From Rhynchobatus australiae (taxonomy: Eukaryota), in the NCBI GenBank assembly GCA_034780895.1, contig JAUZTB010000011.1, positions 48,051,843 to 48,115,842 of the forward strand: a stretch of 64,000 nt of DNA, given 5' to 3'. A program made the translations under genes and the position numbers. The stretch's first letter is position 1. Every line of letters starts with the position of its first letter. Shown here piece by piece: positions 39,330 to 53,140 of the stretch. Under the pieces are notes generated by a model, which was given only the letters and a program-made list of their open reading frames with translations, was not told where the DNA came from and searched no databases.

Positions 39330-40720
39330 ACAGGCTTGAGGTCTGGGTGACTAATGAAGTTTAGAGCTGGAAGAGATCACAGTGATTGGGAGCAACAAAG
39401 CCATTGAGGGATGATAACTTTAAAATCAATGATATTGATTGACCAGGAGTCAATGCATGTCAGCAAGCACTGAGTGGAAGAGTTGTATGGGATTTGGTGA
39501 GAGCAAACTTGAAAACTGCAAAGATTTGCATGAGCTCAAGTCAATATGGAGTGGAAGATGGTAGGCTGGCCAGCAGAATCTTAGAATAGTAGACATCAGA
39601 TGTAACTAAATAAAGAATGTGTGTTATAGCAGTGAACATCCTTATGCAAAAGATGACAGGCACTAATATAGAGGTTGCAGTAGTAGGTTCTGATGGAAGG
39701 TCATTAAATGTTAAATAATTTTCTCCCTGTACAGATGCAGACTGATCTCCTGAGTACTTTTTGTACTTTCTGTTATTTAAGATTTCTGGCACCTGCAGTA
39801 TTTTGCTTTTCAAAGTGAGAAAACAATGTGATGGGAGGATATAGGCCCTGAAGTTAAGGGTCAAATAGATTATAAACCAACTGGTTCAAATTGAGATACA
39901 GGCCAGGGAGTTGGAATTGAGGGAATGGAGTTTAAAGTGGGAGACTCCCAATCTTTAACTGAAAAAATGAATAAGCAGTTAGATGACACAGCAGTAAGGA
40001 GGAATTGAGAATGGTGATGGTAAAGTAGACATGGTTGCCATCAGTGTACATGCAAAACCTGCTATTTTATTTTCTGCTGATTTTTCAAAATAGATGAGAA
40101 ATTGGAGGATTGCAAGGATGGAGGTAAAAATGTTGGATGGGCAGTGAAGTCTTTGCTGTTTTTTTTTGGGCTCTGGTTTGATACGTGAAAGTGGAAACAG
40201 GTGATGCTGACCTACAGCTGGACAAAGATTGCCAAAGCTAGGGCTGGATAGTGCACTCTGATCACTGTCAAAGAGAACACCAATTTTGCAACTGATTTGT
40301 GCCAATTCAGTGCAAAAGCAGGAATTGGGCCTGATTGGTGGATCAAAAGCAAGCTGCGGGAAAGATAGGAAGAGATCTGAAAAACCGCAATGCTTTCATG
40401 GACTTCAGGGAAAGGAATAGTGCTGATAGGATAGTAATTTGCAAGGACAAAGGAGCTATGAACTTTTTTTTTAGGGGACTCAGCAAATTTAAAGGGAGAC
40501 TGCTTGAGGAGGGAATGGTTTACAATTACAATTAGTATGGAAACTATTATAGAAAGTCTATGAGCTCCTTGCTCTTGTTGTTGGAGGAGAGGATGGAGGG
40601 GGTGGGGGGAGTGGTTAAGGAGACATTAGCTGCAGATGATATAACAGAATGTTGGAATATGCAGCCAGAACAATGGAATGCACATTTCCAGATGATGCAC
40701 TGAGGTTTTACGTTGCAGTG
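39330..40720 (-). mobile_element. Decayed L2/CR1-group LINE with a Penelope terminal insert at about 39685-39810
   Basis: agccattgagggat..gaccaggagtcaatg..tcagcaagcac..gggtcaaatag..gttgccatcagtgtacat (antisense MYADD-like). Confidence 0.55.
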
Positions 40721-40779
40721 TTCAAACCCACTTATCGCGTTCAATTGTATTCAGCCAGGGATAAAAGCACACAAGGTAC

Positions 40780-41150
40780 AACAAAGAAAAATACAGTTGA
40801 CCAAGAGCATTAAGGTAAATACCTGTATGAAAAGATCAGAAACAGCCAAATTCTACAAAGCTGTTGGGTTGACAACTTTCCAAAATTATACAAATTGTAT
40901 GCAATGGGCAAAATAAATCCAAAAATATTACTTCAAACCAAGCCAGGCCTATCCTCAGAAGACATAAATTTAAATGAGAAAATAGTACATTTAAAACAGA
41001 TGTTAGAAAGAATTCCTTACTCAAAATATGATGAATGTTTGGAGTAATGTGCCAAACAAGGTAGTGAAGTCAAACCATTAAGGAAATTTAAAATGCAGCT
41101 GAATGCCAAAGTAAGCTTTGATCGGCTGAACGGCCTTTCTTTCCTGTAAT
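40780..41150 (+). mobile_element. CR1 3' fragment
   Basis: gacataaatttaaat...tttaaaacagatgttagaaagaattccttactcaaa..gaatgtttggagta.. then ggctgaacggcctttcttcct. Confidence 0.6.
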
Positions 41151-41899
41151 TCATTCAGAACGATCATTGGATTGGTCAATGCGTGAAATGGAATGGGTAA
41201 AAAATAGTATGGATTTGGGCCAAGATATAAAAGGCGGCAATATTACTTTGTACTTGTAAACCCTGACCCTGATGATGATGCTACAAATAGATGTCAAGGA
41301 AAGAAAATACTCTGTTCCCCATTGAAAGCCCTTAGAAGGTAACACAAAGAAAAGAATCATCAATGCAGCAAATGATGTACTGATCTGGTTAAACCTCAGA
41401 ATGCTCTAAATTGCTACTACATTATTGCAGTCACTTCATCATTGATATGGGATATAAACTTGCCTTAATAGCTTGCATACATAAACATATATTTGAAGAA
41501 AAAAAGCATAAAATAATACCATGTGAAAGTTCACTAATATAAAAGCAGTGACAGTGACAATGTTGTTAATTGTGGCAATCTCAGTGAGAGCAAATTGTAA
41601 GCTGCGTGGTGAAAGTCAAGGTAAAAACAAAAGTAGTATTTAATCAGTGCAGCCAACCCACTCCTGCATCCGACGTGTCACCCCACAATCTATTCAATCT
41701 AAACTACTTCCAATGCTCTGTGCTTCCTCACATCTGCAGCTCTCAAGTGGTTCTTGGAAATTAAATCAACTACACACTCAATGTTTCTTGAGCAACANNN
41801 NNNNNNNNNNCTCTGGTCCAATACAAAATACACAAGAACAAATTCATTTATTTTTTGAGAAAAATAATCTTAGATAAATTACTAATAAAACTTTAAAAG

Positions 41900-42635
41900 G
41901 AAAAACTGAGATGAAAATGCTGGAGTTACTCAATAGGTCAGGCAGGGACTCTGGAGAAGGAAACAGAGCTAATTTTTTTAGAACTGGAAAAGTGAGTAAA
42001 CAAACATGGTTGTCTTTGCAGAGGGGGCAGGTGGGGAAAGCCCGGGGTAAGTTTATAATAGAATGCAGATCAAAATAGGGGAGTGCTTATTGATGGAGGT
42101 GTAAAAGAGAATTAGGGAGGATGTGTCTGGCAATGACATCACGCTGAAGGTGATGTAAATAATCAGAAAATGATCTGTTTTCTCCTTAACCGTGGCTTCC
42201 CCTCAACCATAGTTGATGGGGCTCTCAATCACATCTCTGTTCTCAGAATTCCTGCTCTCACTCCCTCTCCTCCGACCTATAGCAGGGATATGGATCCCCT
42301 TGCTCCTGTCTTCCACCCCATCAGCTTCCACATTCAACGGATCATCCTCCACAACATCCACCCTTTTCCATGACATGTTACCACCAAATAATCTCTCCTG
42401 CCTCCCACCAGCATTCTCAAAGGACTGTTCCCTCTCCGGCTCCCTGGTTCTTTCTTCTATCTTCACCCACAACCACTCCCCTTCTCACACACTTTACCTT
42501 GCAACCACTGTTCTGACAATGAGGTCAGGAATCTGTAACATGACCTCAACTTTTCTTTCCCTATAGTTGCTATCTGATCTGAACATTTCCAACCTTCCCT
42601 TTTAATTCAGATTACCAGCAATTTCTGCATCCTGC
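41900..42635 (+). mobile_element. Penelope-like element fragment
   Basis: ORF 42170 reads FLLNRGFPSTIVDGALNHIS...ALTPSPP..SRDMDPLAPVFHPISFHIQRIILHN, the region upstream of the Penelope GIY-YIG; an inverted terminal motif lies at 41915-41990. Confidence 0.8.
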
Positions 42636-42639
42636 ACCT

Positions 42640-45600
42640 CAAAGTCTTTGACCAATATCACCAAAAGATACCTGACCGAACGTCCAACCTGCGGGAATGC
42701 CTGACGCCGAGGCCCGATGCTGAGGCCCGTCCAGATTGAAAGCCTGAACCTATGGAGCACTCGGGGCCGAGTCCCGATGCCAAGGCTCCTCTGGATGTCC
42801 TCACTTACCCAATGGTGGCGCCCACTCCTCATCAGGACTTTCAAACCTGTATGGGAACAACTACTTACCTTACAGGCCAGCTGAATACATTCCAAGTCTT
42901 TCAGGTCTGTCCTTAAGCAGTCACTTACCTTCCAGTTCAGGTGGCTCCACTCCAGGACTTACCTCAAAAGTGTGGCAAGATGGCTGGGCTGCGGGTGAGA
43001 CTGAGAGAGCGTGGGTTCAAGTCCCTTCTCCCCAGCATACCACTGGTTAATGTTCAGGCCACTGAGAACAAAGTTGCTGAACTAAGAGCAAGACTGACCT
43101 ATCAAAAAGAACTGAGGGACTGCTGTGCGCTATGTCTCACCGAAACATGGCTTACACCTCCTTCACCTGACTGCGCCATATGACCTGAGGGCTTCTAAAT
43201 TCACTGGATGGATTGTACGCTGTCCTCAGGCAAAGTTAAAGGCAGAGGGGTTTGCTTCCTAATCAACCCCTTATGGTGCTCGGATGTGACAGTTCTGGCG
43301 AGTTCCTGCCAGAATGGTGAAGCGTCGCCAGTATTATCTGCCATGGGAGTTCACTTCAGCTATCCTGACAGCAGTCTACACCCCACCGCAGGTGGACGTG
43401 AAGCCTGCACTCAATCAACTATACCCCATGATCAACAGCCTGGAAACGGGATACCCTAAAACCCTCTCATCACAGGCAGTGACTTCAACCAGGGCAACTT
43501 CAAGAGTGTGTTACCAACAAACTGCCAGCATGTCTCCTGTCCCACCAGGGGCCCAAACACCTTGACTATTTCTAAACAACCATCAAGGGTGCCCACTGAG
43601 CCACCACCCACTGTGCTCCCCCCTCCCCTCTCCATCCCCCAACGCCCCACTTTGGTAAATCAGATCACCAGGCTGTGCTCCTTCTCCCTCCCTGTGTACA
43701 ACCAGAAGCTGAAATGTGAGGATCCAGTACAGAAAGTCATACAGTGCAGGTCTGAGGAAATAGATGAGGTTCTACATGGCTACTCTAGTTGGTAGACTGG
43801 TCCAAATTTAAAGACTGAGCAGCTAACCTAAATGAGTATGTCACCACTGTCACGGACTTCATCAGCAAGTGTGTTGAGGACTGTGTACAAAGGAGGACAA
43901 TCCAGGTGTTCCCAAATTGGAAACCATGGATGAGCTGGGAGATCCACTCCCTACTGAAGTCTAGGACTGCAGCATTCAAATTAGTTAACCCTGACTCATA
44001 CAAGAAGTCAAGATATGACCTCCATAAAGCTATCAGGGATGCCAAGAGACAATACCAGTCCAAAATTGAGTCCCAGAGCAGCCGTCAGTTGTGGCAGGGC
44101 TTACATGCCATAACAGGCTACAAAACAACTTCGGCCAGCATCACTGACAACAGTGCATCCCTTCCCGATGAGCTTAACATAGTTTATGTTCATTTTGAAC
44201 AGAAAGGGGTTGGAATGTAACTACCTGCCCTGACAGCCTCCAGTGCATCTGAACCCACAGGCACTGGTGCAGATGTAAGATCAGTCTTCTGGAGAGTGAA
44301 CCTGTGGAAAGCATCTGGGCCGGATAGGGCCCCTGGCCGTGTCTTTACATCCTGCGCGGATCAGCTGGCAGGAGTATTTGCAGACATTTTTAACCTCTCC
44401 CTGCTTCAATCTGAGGTTCCTACCTGTTTTAAGAAGACCACTATCATCCTGGTACCTAAGAAAAACAAGGTAATGTGCCTTAATGACAACTGCCCAGTGG
44501 CTCTGACGTCCACCATCATGAAGTGCTTTGAGAGGCTGGTCATGACACACATCAACTCCAGCCTCCCAGACAACCTTGGCCTGCTGCAAGTCGCCTACCG
44601 CCAAAACAGGTCTATGGTGGATGCCGTCTCCATAGCCCTACACTCATCTTCAGAGCATCTGGACAGTAAAGACACCTATGTTAGACTATTGTTTATTGAC
44701 TACAGCTCTGCCTTCAACACCATAACTCCAAGCAAACTCATCTCCAAACTCCTAGCCCTGTGACTCAACACCACACTTTGCAACTGGATCCTTGGCTTTC
44801 CGAACAAAAGACTGCAATCAGTGAGGACAGGCAGCAACAACTCTGCCACAATTATTCTCAACACTGGTGCCCACAAGACTCTGTCCCTACTCTAACCTCT
44901 ATACACTCACAACTGTGTGGCCAGATTCTGCTGTAACTCCATCTACAGGTTTGCAGATGATACCACCGTTGTGGACCGTATCTCAAATAACAATGAGTCG
45001 GAAGGAGATAGTGAGCTTAGTGGAATGGTGTCATGACAATAACCTTTCCCTCAATGTCAGTAAAACAAAAGAGCTGGTCATTGATTTCAGGAAGGGGGTT
45101 AAGAGCTTCAAATTCCTAGGAGTGAACATCACCAATAGCCTGTCCTGATCCAATCACATAATCAGGGCCAAGAAAGCTTACCAGTGCCTCTACTTCCTCA
45201 GAAGGCTTAAGAAATTTGGCATGTCCCCTTTGACACTCACCAATTTATATCAATGCACCATAGAAACCATCCTATCTGGATGCATCATGGCTTGGTATGG
45301 CAACTGCTCTGCCCGTGACCACAAGAAACTGCAGAGTTGTGGACACAGCTCAGCACATCACAGAAATCAGCCTCCCTTCCAAGGACTCTGTCTACACTTC
45401 TTGCTGCCTTGGTAAAGCAACCAACATAATATGACCCCACCCACCCTGGACATACTCTCTTGTCACCTCTCCCATCGGGCAGAAGATACAAAAGCTGGAA
45501 AGCATGTACCACGTACCACCAGGTTCAAGGACAGCTTCTATCCTGCTGTTATAAGACTATTATAAGACTGTTATAAGATGGTCTCCTAGCAGTATAAGAT

Positions 45601-45810
45601 GGACTCTTAACCTCACAATCTACCTCATTATGGCCTTGCACCTATTGCCTACCTACACTGCACTTTCTCTGTAACACTTTTCTCTGCATTCTTTGTTATT
45701 GTTTTAATACCTCAATGAACTGTTGTAATGAATTGATCTGTATGGACGGTATGTAAGACAAGTCTTTCACTGTACCTTGGCACATGTGACAATAATAAAC
45801 CAATTTCAAT
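42640..45810 (+). mobile_element. Near full-length, inactivated Rex1/Babar non-LTR retrotransposon (APE + RT + C-terminal domain)
   Basis: APE: PSIPLVNVQATENK..RDCCALCLTETWL, YYLPWEFTS, SDFNQ. RT: [57 protein letters not shown] (about 44944-44967). C-terminus: LYFLRRLKKFGMSPLTLTNLYQCTIETILSGCIMAWYGNCS. 3' tail aataataaaccaatttcaatt. Many stops and frameshifts. Confidence 0.92.
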
Positions 45811-46084
45811 TATTTGGTCTAATAGGTATTGTTTGTAGGAGCTTTCTATGCAAAAACTGGCTATTGAATTTCCCTCTGCTACTGTGTGAATTTTTTTTTG
45901 TGGCAATAAGGACTTTCAGATAATCTGTGGTGGAGGAAGCTCTTAAATCAATGCAAATCACATTCTTATATACTGTATGTATATTTGTGAAACATAAATT
46001 AAAAGAAAATCTTTATGCAGGAACTTTTTGCTTATAAAAATATAAAAATACACCATTGGTTGTGCTTTTCAGGAAGGCCACCCC

Positions 46085-46380
46085 TTGATCTACTGTGTCA
46101 TTGAATGTTCCGGTTCAGCTAGGGGAAGAGCAGGTGTTTACTAAGTGACTGCATTACTGATGGCTTTAGGAGGGACAGACTCTTAGCCAGGGCACATGCT
46201 CACAAGTCAGCTGTGGAATGCCAGGGAGATAATCAAGCTAAATCGTGATTCCCTTCATCTGAACAGGCTTTCAAAACCATGGCTAGGATCGAGGCAGGAA
46301 GAATAACTGCATGGATAAAGTTCCAGAGGGCTGCCAGGATCTATGGATCATTGCATGAGTCAATATCGTCCCATGGACAA
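46085..46380 (+). mobile_element. Old SINE-like repeat
   Basis: ttccagagggctgccagg..tatgga..gcatgagtcaa resembles the reverse complement of segments near 1605-1850 and 11400. Confidence 0.35.
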
Positions 46381-49300
46381 GATGAATCACAGTTTAATGA
46401 TATTTGGAACATAGCCCTGACTATTGGTCATAAACAACGAGGGCACTTATAGCTGTGAGAGCAACACTCTTCTTGTCACCCAAGATATATAATTCAGTAC
46501 AGACTATTACTCAACTGTGGGATCTTACTGTTCCTGTGTAATTTAGTAGGAACCCAATTCCCCAGAACAAACCTCTGCTTTGGAATGGAATGAAATGAAC
46601 ACTACAGCTTTACTGCTAACAAAAGGAAAATAAATGGGCCTGGACTTTTTCTACACATGATCCACTATGCCTCAGTTTCAGTGTCTTGCACTACCTGTAT
46701 CGTTGATCAAAATCAGCCTTTTCTATGCAGCTTTGGATTGTAACTGCTTTCCCCTCTCCTGACATTTGTGGGTGTCCACCAGACACACACACGGTCCATC
46801 CATCCAAAAACAATAGATCCGTGAACCACCCCACTGCAGCTTTACTCACTCTAAATTCATAGATTCCTACACTATGTCCAGATCATAGCAGAGGCAGTGC
46901 AGCTCTCAACACATGGGACTTATTACCGAGCAGCTGCAGTTCAGTAGAAAATATTAACTTGCACCTCTGCAGTTGCGAAGCCTCAACTCTGGGAAATTGT
47001 CAACCTTTGGTTATGGTTTTTTGCAATTACTTCAGTGAGAGGAACGTAGCTACATCCTGTTTCACTTAAGCGTCTTCCGTGATGGACCAAGACAAAGAAA
47101 TGCAGCAACTAATTGAATGCTCACCATTATATCTGCACAGGCATCTGTTGGATGCGTGCATGTGTGTGTTGTGGGAATGAGTAATTGAGTGCAATTCCTG
47201 TACACTCTTCAGCACTTTACTGAGATTATAGCTTATTCCGTTGTCCCCAGGGCTTGAAGCCTCCAATTAGTAAAGCCCAGCACTAACTATCTCTGAAAAT
47301 CTGACATAAAGTGAGTGTGACAGGCAAAGAAATTATGAGCACCGTATGCTGATTTAGTAAGGCTTCAGGAACTTGTGTCACATACAAACGTTTTTTTGGG
47401 AGTCATAAGAAGAAATGGCAGAGTATTAACTGTTTAAACTAACAATGTTAAATAGCCAAAATGCCTGTTTTCTGGCGTTTAGTCATATGAATACGCTACA
47501 AAAGGGACTGAAATTAACCACAGTCATAAAATTTAGCAACTACAATAAAATATTAAATCTACTACCCTTGTCTAATCTAATTAATTTTTAAAAATTTATT
47601 CTACAACCAGAAATAAACCTTTGATAGTAACACAATATTTGTTAATTAACACAATGATACCTAACATAAGAATATTACAGTTAAATGGAGAGAATCAAAT
47701 CTTGTCTGAATTTAAAAAAGACCATATATTGATAGAAGAAGATGTTCAGTGAGTGTATAATCATATCTTTTTTGCATATGTGGATTCATAAAACTATTTA
47801 AAGATCTGCAGGAATTGTTTTAATTCACTGACAGATCCAAATAACCAGTTTTCATTCCAAGATGTTACTATAGGCCTCAGACTGGGGTAAGGTTGTGTCA
47901 CAGCATAGATATGTTAGTATTAATTTCCCAATATATTTACCACAGACACACACAATTTATTCAGGACCTAATCTGTCCTGTTGTGCAATAGAGCCAGTAT
48001 TGAGTCAATGTTCAAGAATTTCAAATGGTATTTTTTGTACCAAGCTATGTCAACACTACCATTTCTTCTTTTTAATGAGCACACATTAGAGTTTATTTGG
48101 GCAAGGAGAATTGGCAAATGACTTCTGAATGCCCTGTTCAACTACATGATATCATTCACTCTAGCCACATGCCTGCGTTTCTGGCAAACCTATTTGAAAA
48201 GCCTGATGGAAGTAGAAGTAAATAACCTTGTTAATATCTATTGCTGCAAACTGGCACTTCTTGCTGCCAAATCATATAAGAATAGAGCCTTAAGGCAGAG
48301 TTTGACAGCATGACTGCTAAGGCACTGATAAAAATAATAAAATTCAGCTTGAAGTGCGACTACTGTTAGTCAAGACAGAACAGTTTTGACAGATGGAGAT
48401 GGTGGAGAAGCCTCTGACTCAGTCCAACCAATATTGCTGAAGGACTGACTAAATATTAGATATGGAGATGCAAATTGTTAGTGGGGTCCAGAGAAGCAGA
48501 GTTGCTACCAAAATAAAAGTTGGCATGAAATTGTTCAGAGTTTCAAAAGGATCTGACAGGCTGCAAGTAGCTCAGCAAGCGAAGTTGCACTGCAATATTG
48601 ATTCACCAAACTTCTTAATTCATGTAATCACTGACTTATAATTCAAGGAAAAAAAATAAGTGTGTGTTGAATTACCTCATGTTTGTGAACAAAATATGAA
48701 GTGCTGAATAGAATTTAAAGCTTGACACTTATTTCACCTTAATTCCAGGCTGCTGACACATATTTCATGAGGGAGTGGCCACATGTCACCAAGTGGAAAT
48801 AGGGCATTGTGGGTGGCTGTTGGAGCCTGTGAGACTTATGCTCTGTTTTCCTGTCAATATAGATTACTGAGCAGGCAAGAGGGAGACGTGCTGGAAGCCA
48901 GTGAGGTCCTTCATTAAATATGGAGATATGATGCTATCAACAATGTAAGGCTTTAGATTTAACTGAATGTCTGCACTGTGAAGCTGGTGCTGCATTCCTG
49001 GCCCAACAACCTAAATTGGATGAAAAGCCAGGTTCGAAAGGGGCTCTTTAAAGTAAATGGTTTTCTTTTCCCTGCAAGGCCAGGAGGAACATTCCTACTC
49101 CTTCTGCACCCACAAGGAAAGTTTATGTTTTCTGGTCCCACCAACTCAGTAGGTCTTTCAGGATTCCCTCTGAACCATTCCCTCAAATGCTGGACACCCA
49201 GGTTAGAGATGGAAGACGCATACTGCCCAACAAACTTAGTCTTCCTTAATTTGAGTGGGAACCTGACAGGCCATTAAAAACCTCCTGGATTCGCAGTGCT

Positions 49301-50437
49301 GAGGCAAGGATGGCTTACTGCTCACTTTGGCCTTTGCTCACAGATCTCCTGTCCAGTGTTATAACTGTACCTTGGATGTTAGTTCCCACCTATTAATACA
49401 AATGTCTCAACAGTACACTTAGCCCCAAAGCAAATAGATCATGTCTGACATACTTCCTCCACCCTGCTTTCACCATGCTGAAATCAAAATTAATTTCATT
49501 TTCTTTTTTTTAAACTTATCTCTCCCAGGGAGCTTTTACATCCTACTATAATCAAGTTGAACTTGGTCGAATTACCATTTCTGGATTGCAGTCATCTTCA
49601 TTTCTATCCTTTCTAGCTTTAATAGCAATAGATTTTGGTTATTCCCCTATGTTTCTGAATAATAATCATCAAAGCAGTTTTTAAGGATGAATATTGGGCC
49701 ACAACGTACTCTTGCCTCTTGTGCTTGCTGTTAACCTACGTCACAATTACAAACCCACCTTTTGCGGATCTCCTGTTGTAACCTCACTCTTCTAAATGGC
49801 AAGACCCTGTGCAGTGGCAGGATGACATGGTGAAATGCGGTCACGTGGGGGAATGTGAAGCTGAGAAGGAATGTCGCAACTCACTCTTCTGCTTAAGTTG
49901 CTGTTACACCTTTAAAAAATTTTCAATATTTTTTAACGTCCCTGGCATTCAGAACCATCCAAAAACTAACAAAGGGACAAAGAACTAACTTTAAAAAGCA
50001 GTGAAAACAGAACAAAAACCTGAAAAACTGACAGAATGCATATAAAAAATTAAAAGCACTTAACGCAAATCAATTAATTATAAAAAAAAACTATCATTGT
50101 TTTTCCTAACCATTCCTTTCCATTGAAATGAATGGAAGCACTGTTCTTGTGCTAGATCCAACCTACACTTGCAGAGTGACCCGACCTCCCAGCATGGGTG
50201 CTGGGTAACTGCCACAAGTTTGCCTTCCATCAGTGAATGCTGTAATGAACCCGACTTTGGAGTCAGTGGGGAAATTGCCAGCAAAAGTGGCGAACAAGTT
50301 CAAGACTTCCACATGGAACTGCTGAAAATTCCATAAAAAAGCTGGCCTGTTACCATGCAGAATGATTTTCCAATATTCTTTCTCATATTTGAATGTTGGA
50401 GATATAAAGGTACAATGTGACATTAAATGAATCACTG

Positions 50438-50770
50438 AATGGCGCAATAAGTAGAACCACTGTCTCACAGCTTCAGTGACCAAGGGTCAATCCTGACCTT
50501 TGGTGCCAGGGTTTGCACATTCTCCTTGTGACTACCCAGGTTTCCTCTAGGCACACCAGTTTCCTCCAACGTCCCAAAATTGTGTTGGTGGCTTAATGGA
50601 GCATTTTAAATTGCCCCTAGTGTGTAGGTGATTGGTAGAATCTGGGGTGGGGAGAGTTGATGGGAATGTAGGGAAAATAAAATGGGTTAGGGTAGGATTA
50701 GTGTAAAAGTGGGTGCTTGAGGTATGGTGTGAACTCAGTGGGCCCTGTTGCAGTGCTGAATCTCTCTATG
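50438..50770 (+). mobile_element. tRNA-derived SINE (HE1/V-SINE type)
   Basis: tggcgcaa..gtaga..ctgtctcacagcttcagtgacc.agggtcaatcctgacct..tttgcacattctccttgtgac..ggtttcctc..taaattgcccctagtgtgtagg. Confidence 0.8.
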
Positions 50771-51485
50771 AAATCACTTCTGTTTGCTGCTGTGGATTCA
50801 TAATGTCTTCTTAAATATCTTGCTATCCCTAGAACTTAAATTTGCTATTTTCACTAGGATTTTAAAACAAAGTTACACAGAGAAGAAAACTGCATTTACC
50901 ATAGCATAAATTTGCCAGCTATCAGTAGGGGAACGACACAGAAAATTTTGATCATGCTTTTAGACAGACGAAGGCTGAGCAACAACCCTTGAATATACCT
51001 ACAGGCCTCCTTTTAAGCTGCCATTTCCTGCAGGAAATGGATCAAGTGAACACCTGCTGACTTATAACTAGACTCAGATTGCTGCTTCAAGAAATGAGTT
51101 CAACAATCACTGCCTGTCATATGTTGATATGAGTTCAAAGGTGAAAAGGCAGGGCAATGCTTCAGATGTCTTTTTCCAAAGCTCCACCTTAAATGTTAAC
51201 CCTCTTGTTCATATTTAAGATTCTGATACACCTGTTTTATACTTCTAATACAAGTCTACTTTTATTTTTAATTAGCTTCTTTGGAACTACATTTCCTCAC
51301 ACTGATGCACTGTATGTCATAAAACAACTGTCATTGGAAAGTGATCCAAGTGATAGGAATGTCACTCAAGTGGAAAGTGATAGGAATGTCACTCAAATTT
51401 AAGAATGATAAGTTGCTGGAGTTAAAAAGATATAAAATTTATCTTTACCTCATCTTTTGTCAGGTTCAAGCATTTATGCATGTAC

Positions 51486-51967
51486 TTAGTAAATCTCCAA
51501 AAATCTGGCACCCTTGAGACTTTGGTGCTGCTGGACTGGCAGATTTTCTGGACTATTGGATGGTACTTCCATTAATCCAACAACACACGTAAATTTTTTT
51601 AAGATGTTACACAGTGGCATAAAAACATTTCCAATCAGTTCACACAGATAGAGCGCAGGAATGGGGCTGGGGTTAGTTCAAAAAGGAGCATGGGAATGGA
51701 GTGTGTAAATAGAGCGTATAAATAGAGCCCTGCTGAACTTAAAAGGAATGTGGGACAGGGCCCTCTGCAATTTAAGAGGAGTGTAAGGATGGACCCATGG
51801 TGAGCTTAAAAGGAGGGTGGGAACCAGGGCCTGGATGAGCTTAAAAGGAGGGTTGGGCAAGGGCCCTGTTGTGTTTAAAGGACACACAGGAAACAGAAAC
51901 GAGGTGAGCCAGATAGAACCATTGGAAATTCCAAATAATAGGATAGCAAATTATTGGAGTTCTACTG
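51486..51967. mobile_element. Tc1/mariner (Tigger/pogo-like) non-autonomous DNA transposon
   Basis: Imperfect terminal inverted repeats: left tagtaaatctccaaaaatctg versus right caaattattggagttctactg (reverse complement cagtagaactccaataatttg), followed by TA at 51968-51969. CAGT ends with TA flanks are typical of Tigger. Confidence 0.65.
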
Positions 51968-52794
51968 TATACTTCAAAGTTTAAAACTAACCTTGAAAGA
52001 TACAATAGCTAACGAAGTCCTACTTTACTCAGGCGCAGGAATAGAAATATCAGTGAATTGATTGCATCTGAGCATTAGGCTTCTTATTAAATGGAGGCCT
52101 GACAGCTGGTTAGCCTGAGCATCCACTGTGCTGAGGAGCACAGCTCCGTTGCAATTATTTTTCACTGTATTACTTTTTAACTATGAGTCTGTTACATGAT
52201 TAAATTCAGCCCAAGGTAAACCTAAAATGAAATGGGTTCTGGAGTTAATCAGAGTCATATTTTGCTACTGCTGTCTAAAATGCGTGAATAAAAGGCTGTG
52301 CAGAATGCAGTCTCAGCAACACCCTGCCACAATTTTATGTCAGTCCTATGCATGTGAACACTCAGCATGGTGTGGCATGCTTTCACCTTTGATAAATATG
52401 TTGCTTCTCTACTCACAGAGTAACAACATGTGCAATATCTATAAGCCAGTCCAATGAAGCTCACCTTCCTAAGCATTCAAAATCTACCACTGCTGAGCTA
52501 GTGACACTCAAATATTGGATTCATCTTCAAATTTTAGTGTTAAGTACAGTAACTTCTTTGCTTCAAGGACTTGCCCACTTGTACAGAAAGCTGAAAACAA
52601 GCATGTCTCCTTTTAAAGCTGTTCTGTTGAAATAAATAAAAGACAATTTTCTGCAAGCTACATACCAAGCCTGTAACTTTTCTTATGTACAAAGACTGTG
52701 ATCACTTTATGTTAAAGCTGCTAATCGATTTTTTTGATTGTAGTGGCACTACTACAGCTAGACTGACAGAGGACAACAGAGTCAGACTTGTCTG

Positions 52795-53140
52795 GTTGGC
52801 ATAGTGACTTGGCAGATAGAGTTGCTGCTGCACAACTCCAGTGACCCAAATTTGATCCTGAACTCTGGTGCTGATTGTATGGACTTTCCAGGTTCTTCCT
52901 GTGACCTTATGAGTTTTCCCTGGGTACTTTGGTTTCCTCCCACGTCCCAAAGACATGTAGGTTGATAGGTTAACTGGCCATCATAAATTGCCCCTTGTGT
53001 AAGTGGGTGGCAGGAGAATTCGGGGGAGTTGACAGGCATATGAGAGAGAATAGTTTACCAGAAAATAAGTGGCGGAATGTGACTAAGGGAATTGCTCTGT
53101 GAGCTGGCAAAGTCTTGATGAACCGAAATGCCTCCTCCAA
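52795..53140 (+). mobile_element. tRNA-derived SINE (HE1/V-SINE type)
   Basis: tggcatagtg..gtagagttgctg-like..cacaactccagtgaccc..tttgatcctg..ggtttcctcccacgtcccaaagac..taaattgcccct. Confidence 0.8.

Noticed and set aside
51725-51885. CRISPR-like array
   Set aside because: Vertebrate DNA, degenerate contiguous units with no unique spacers, and no cas genes.
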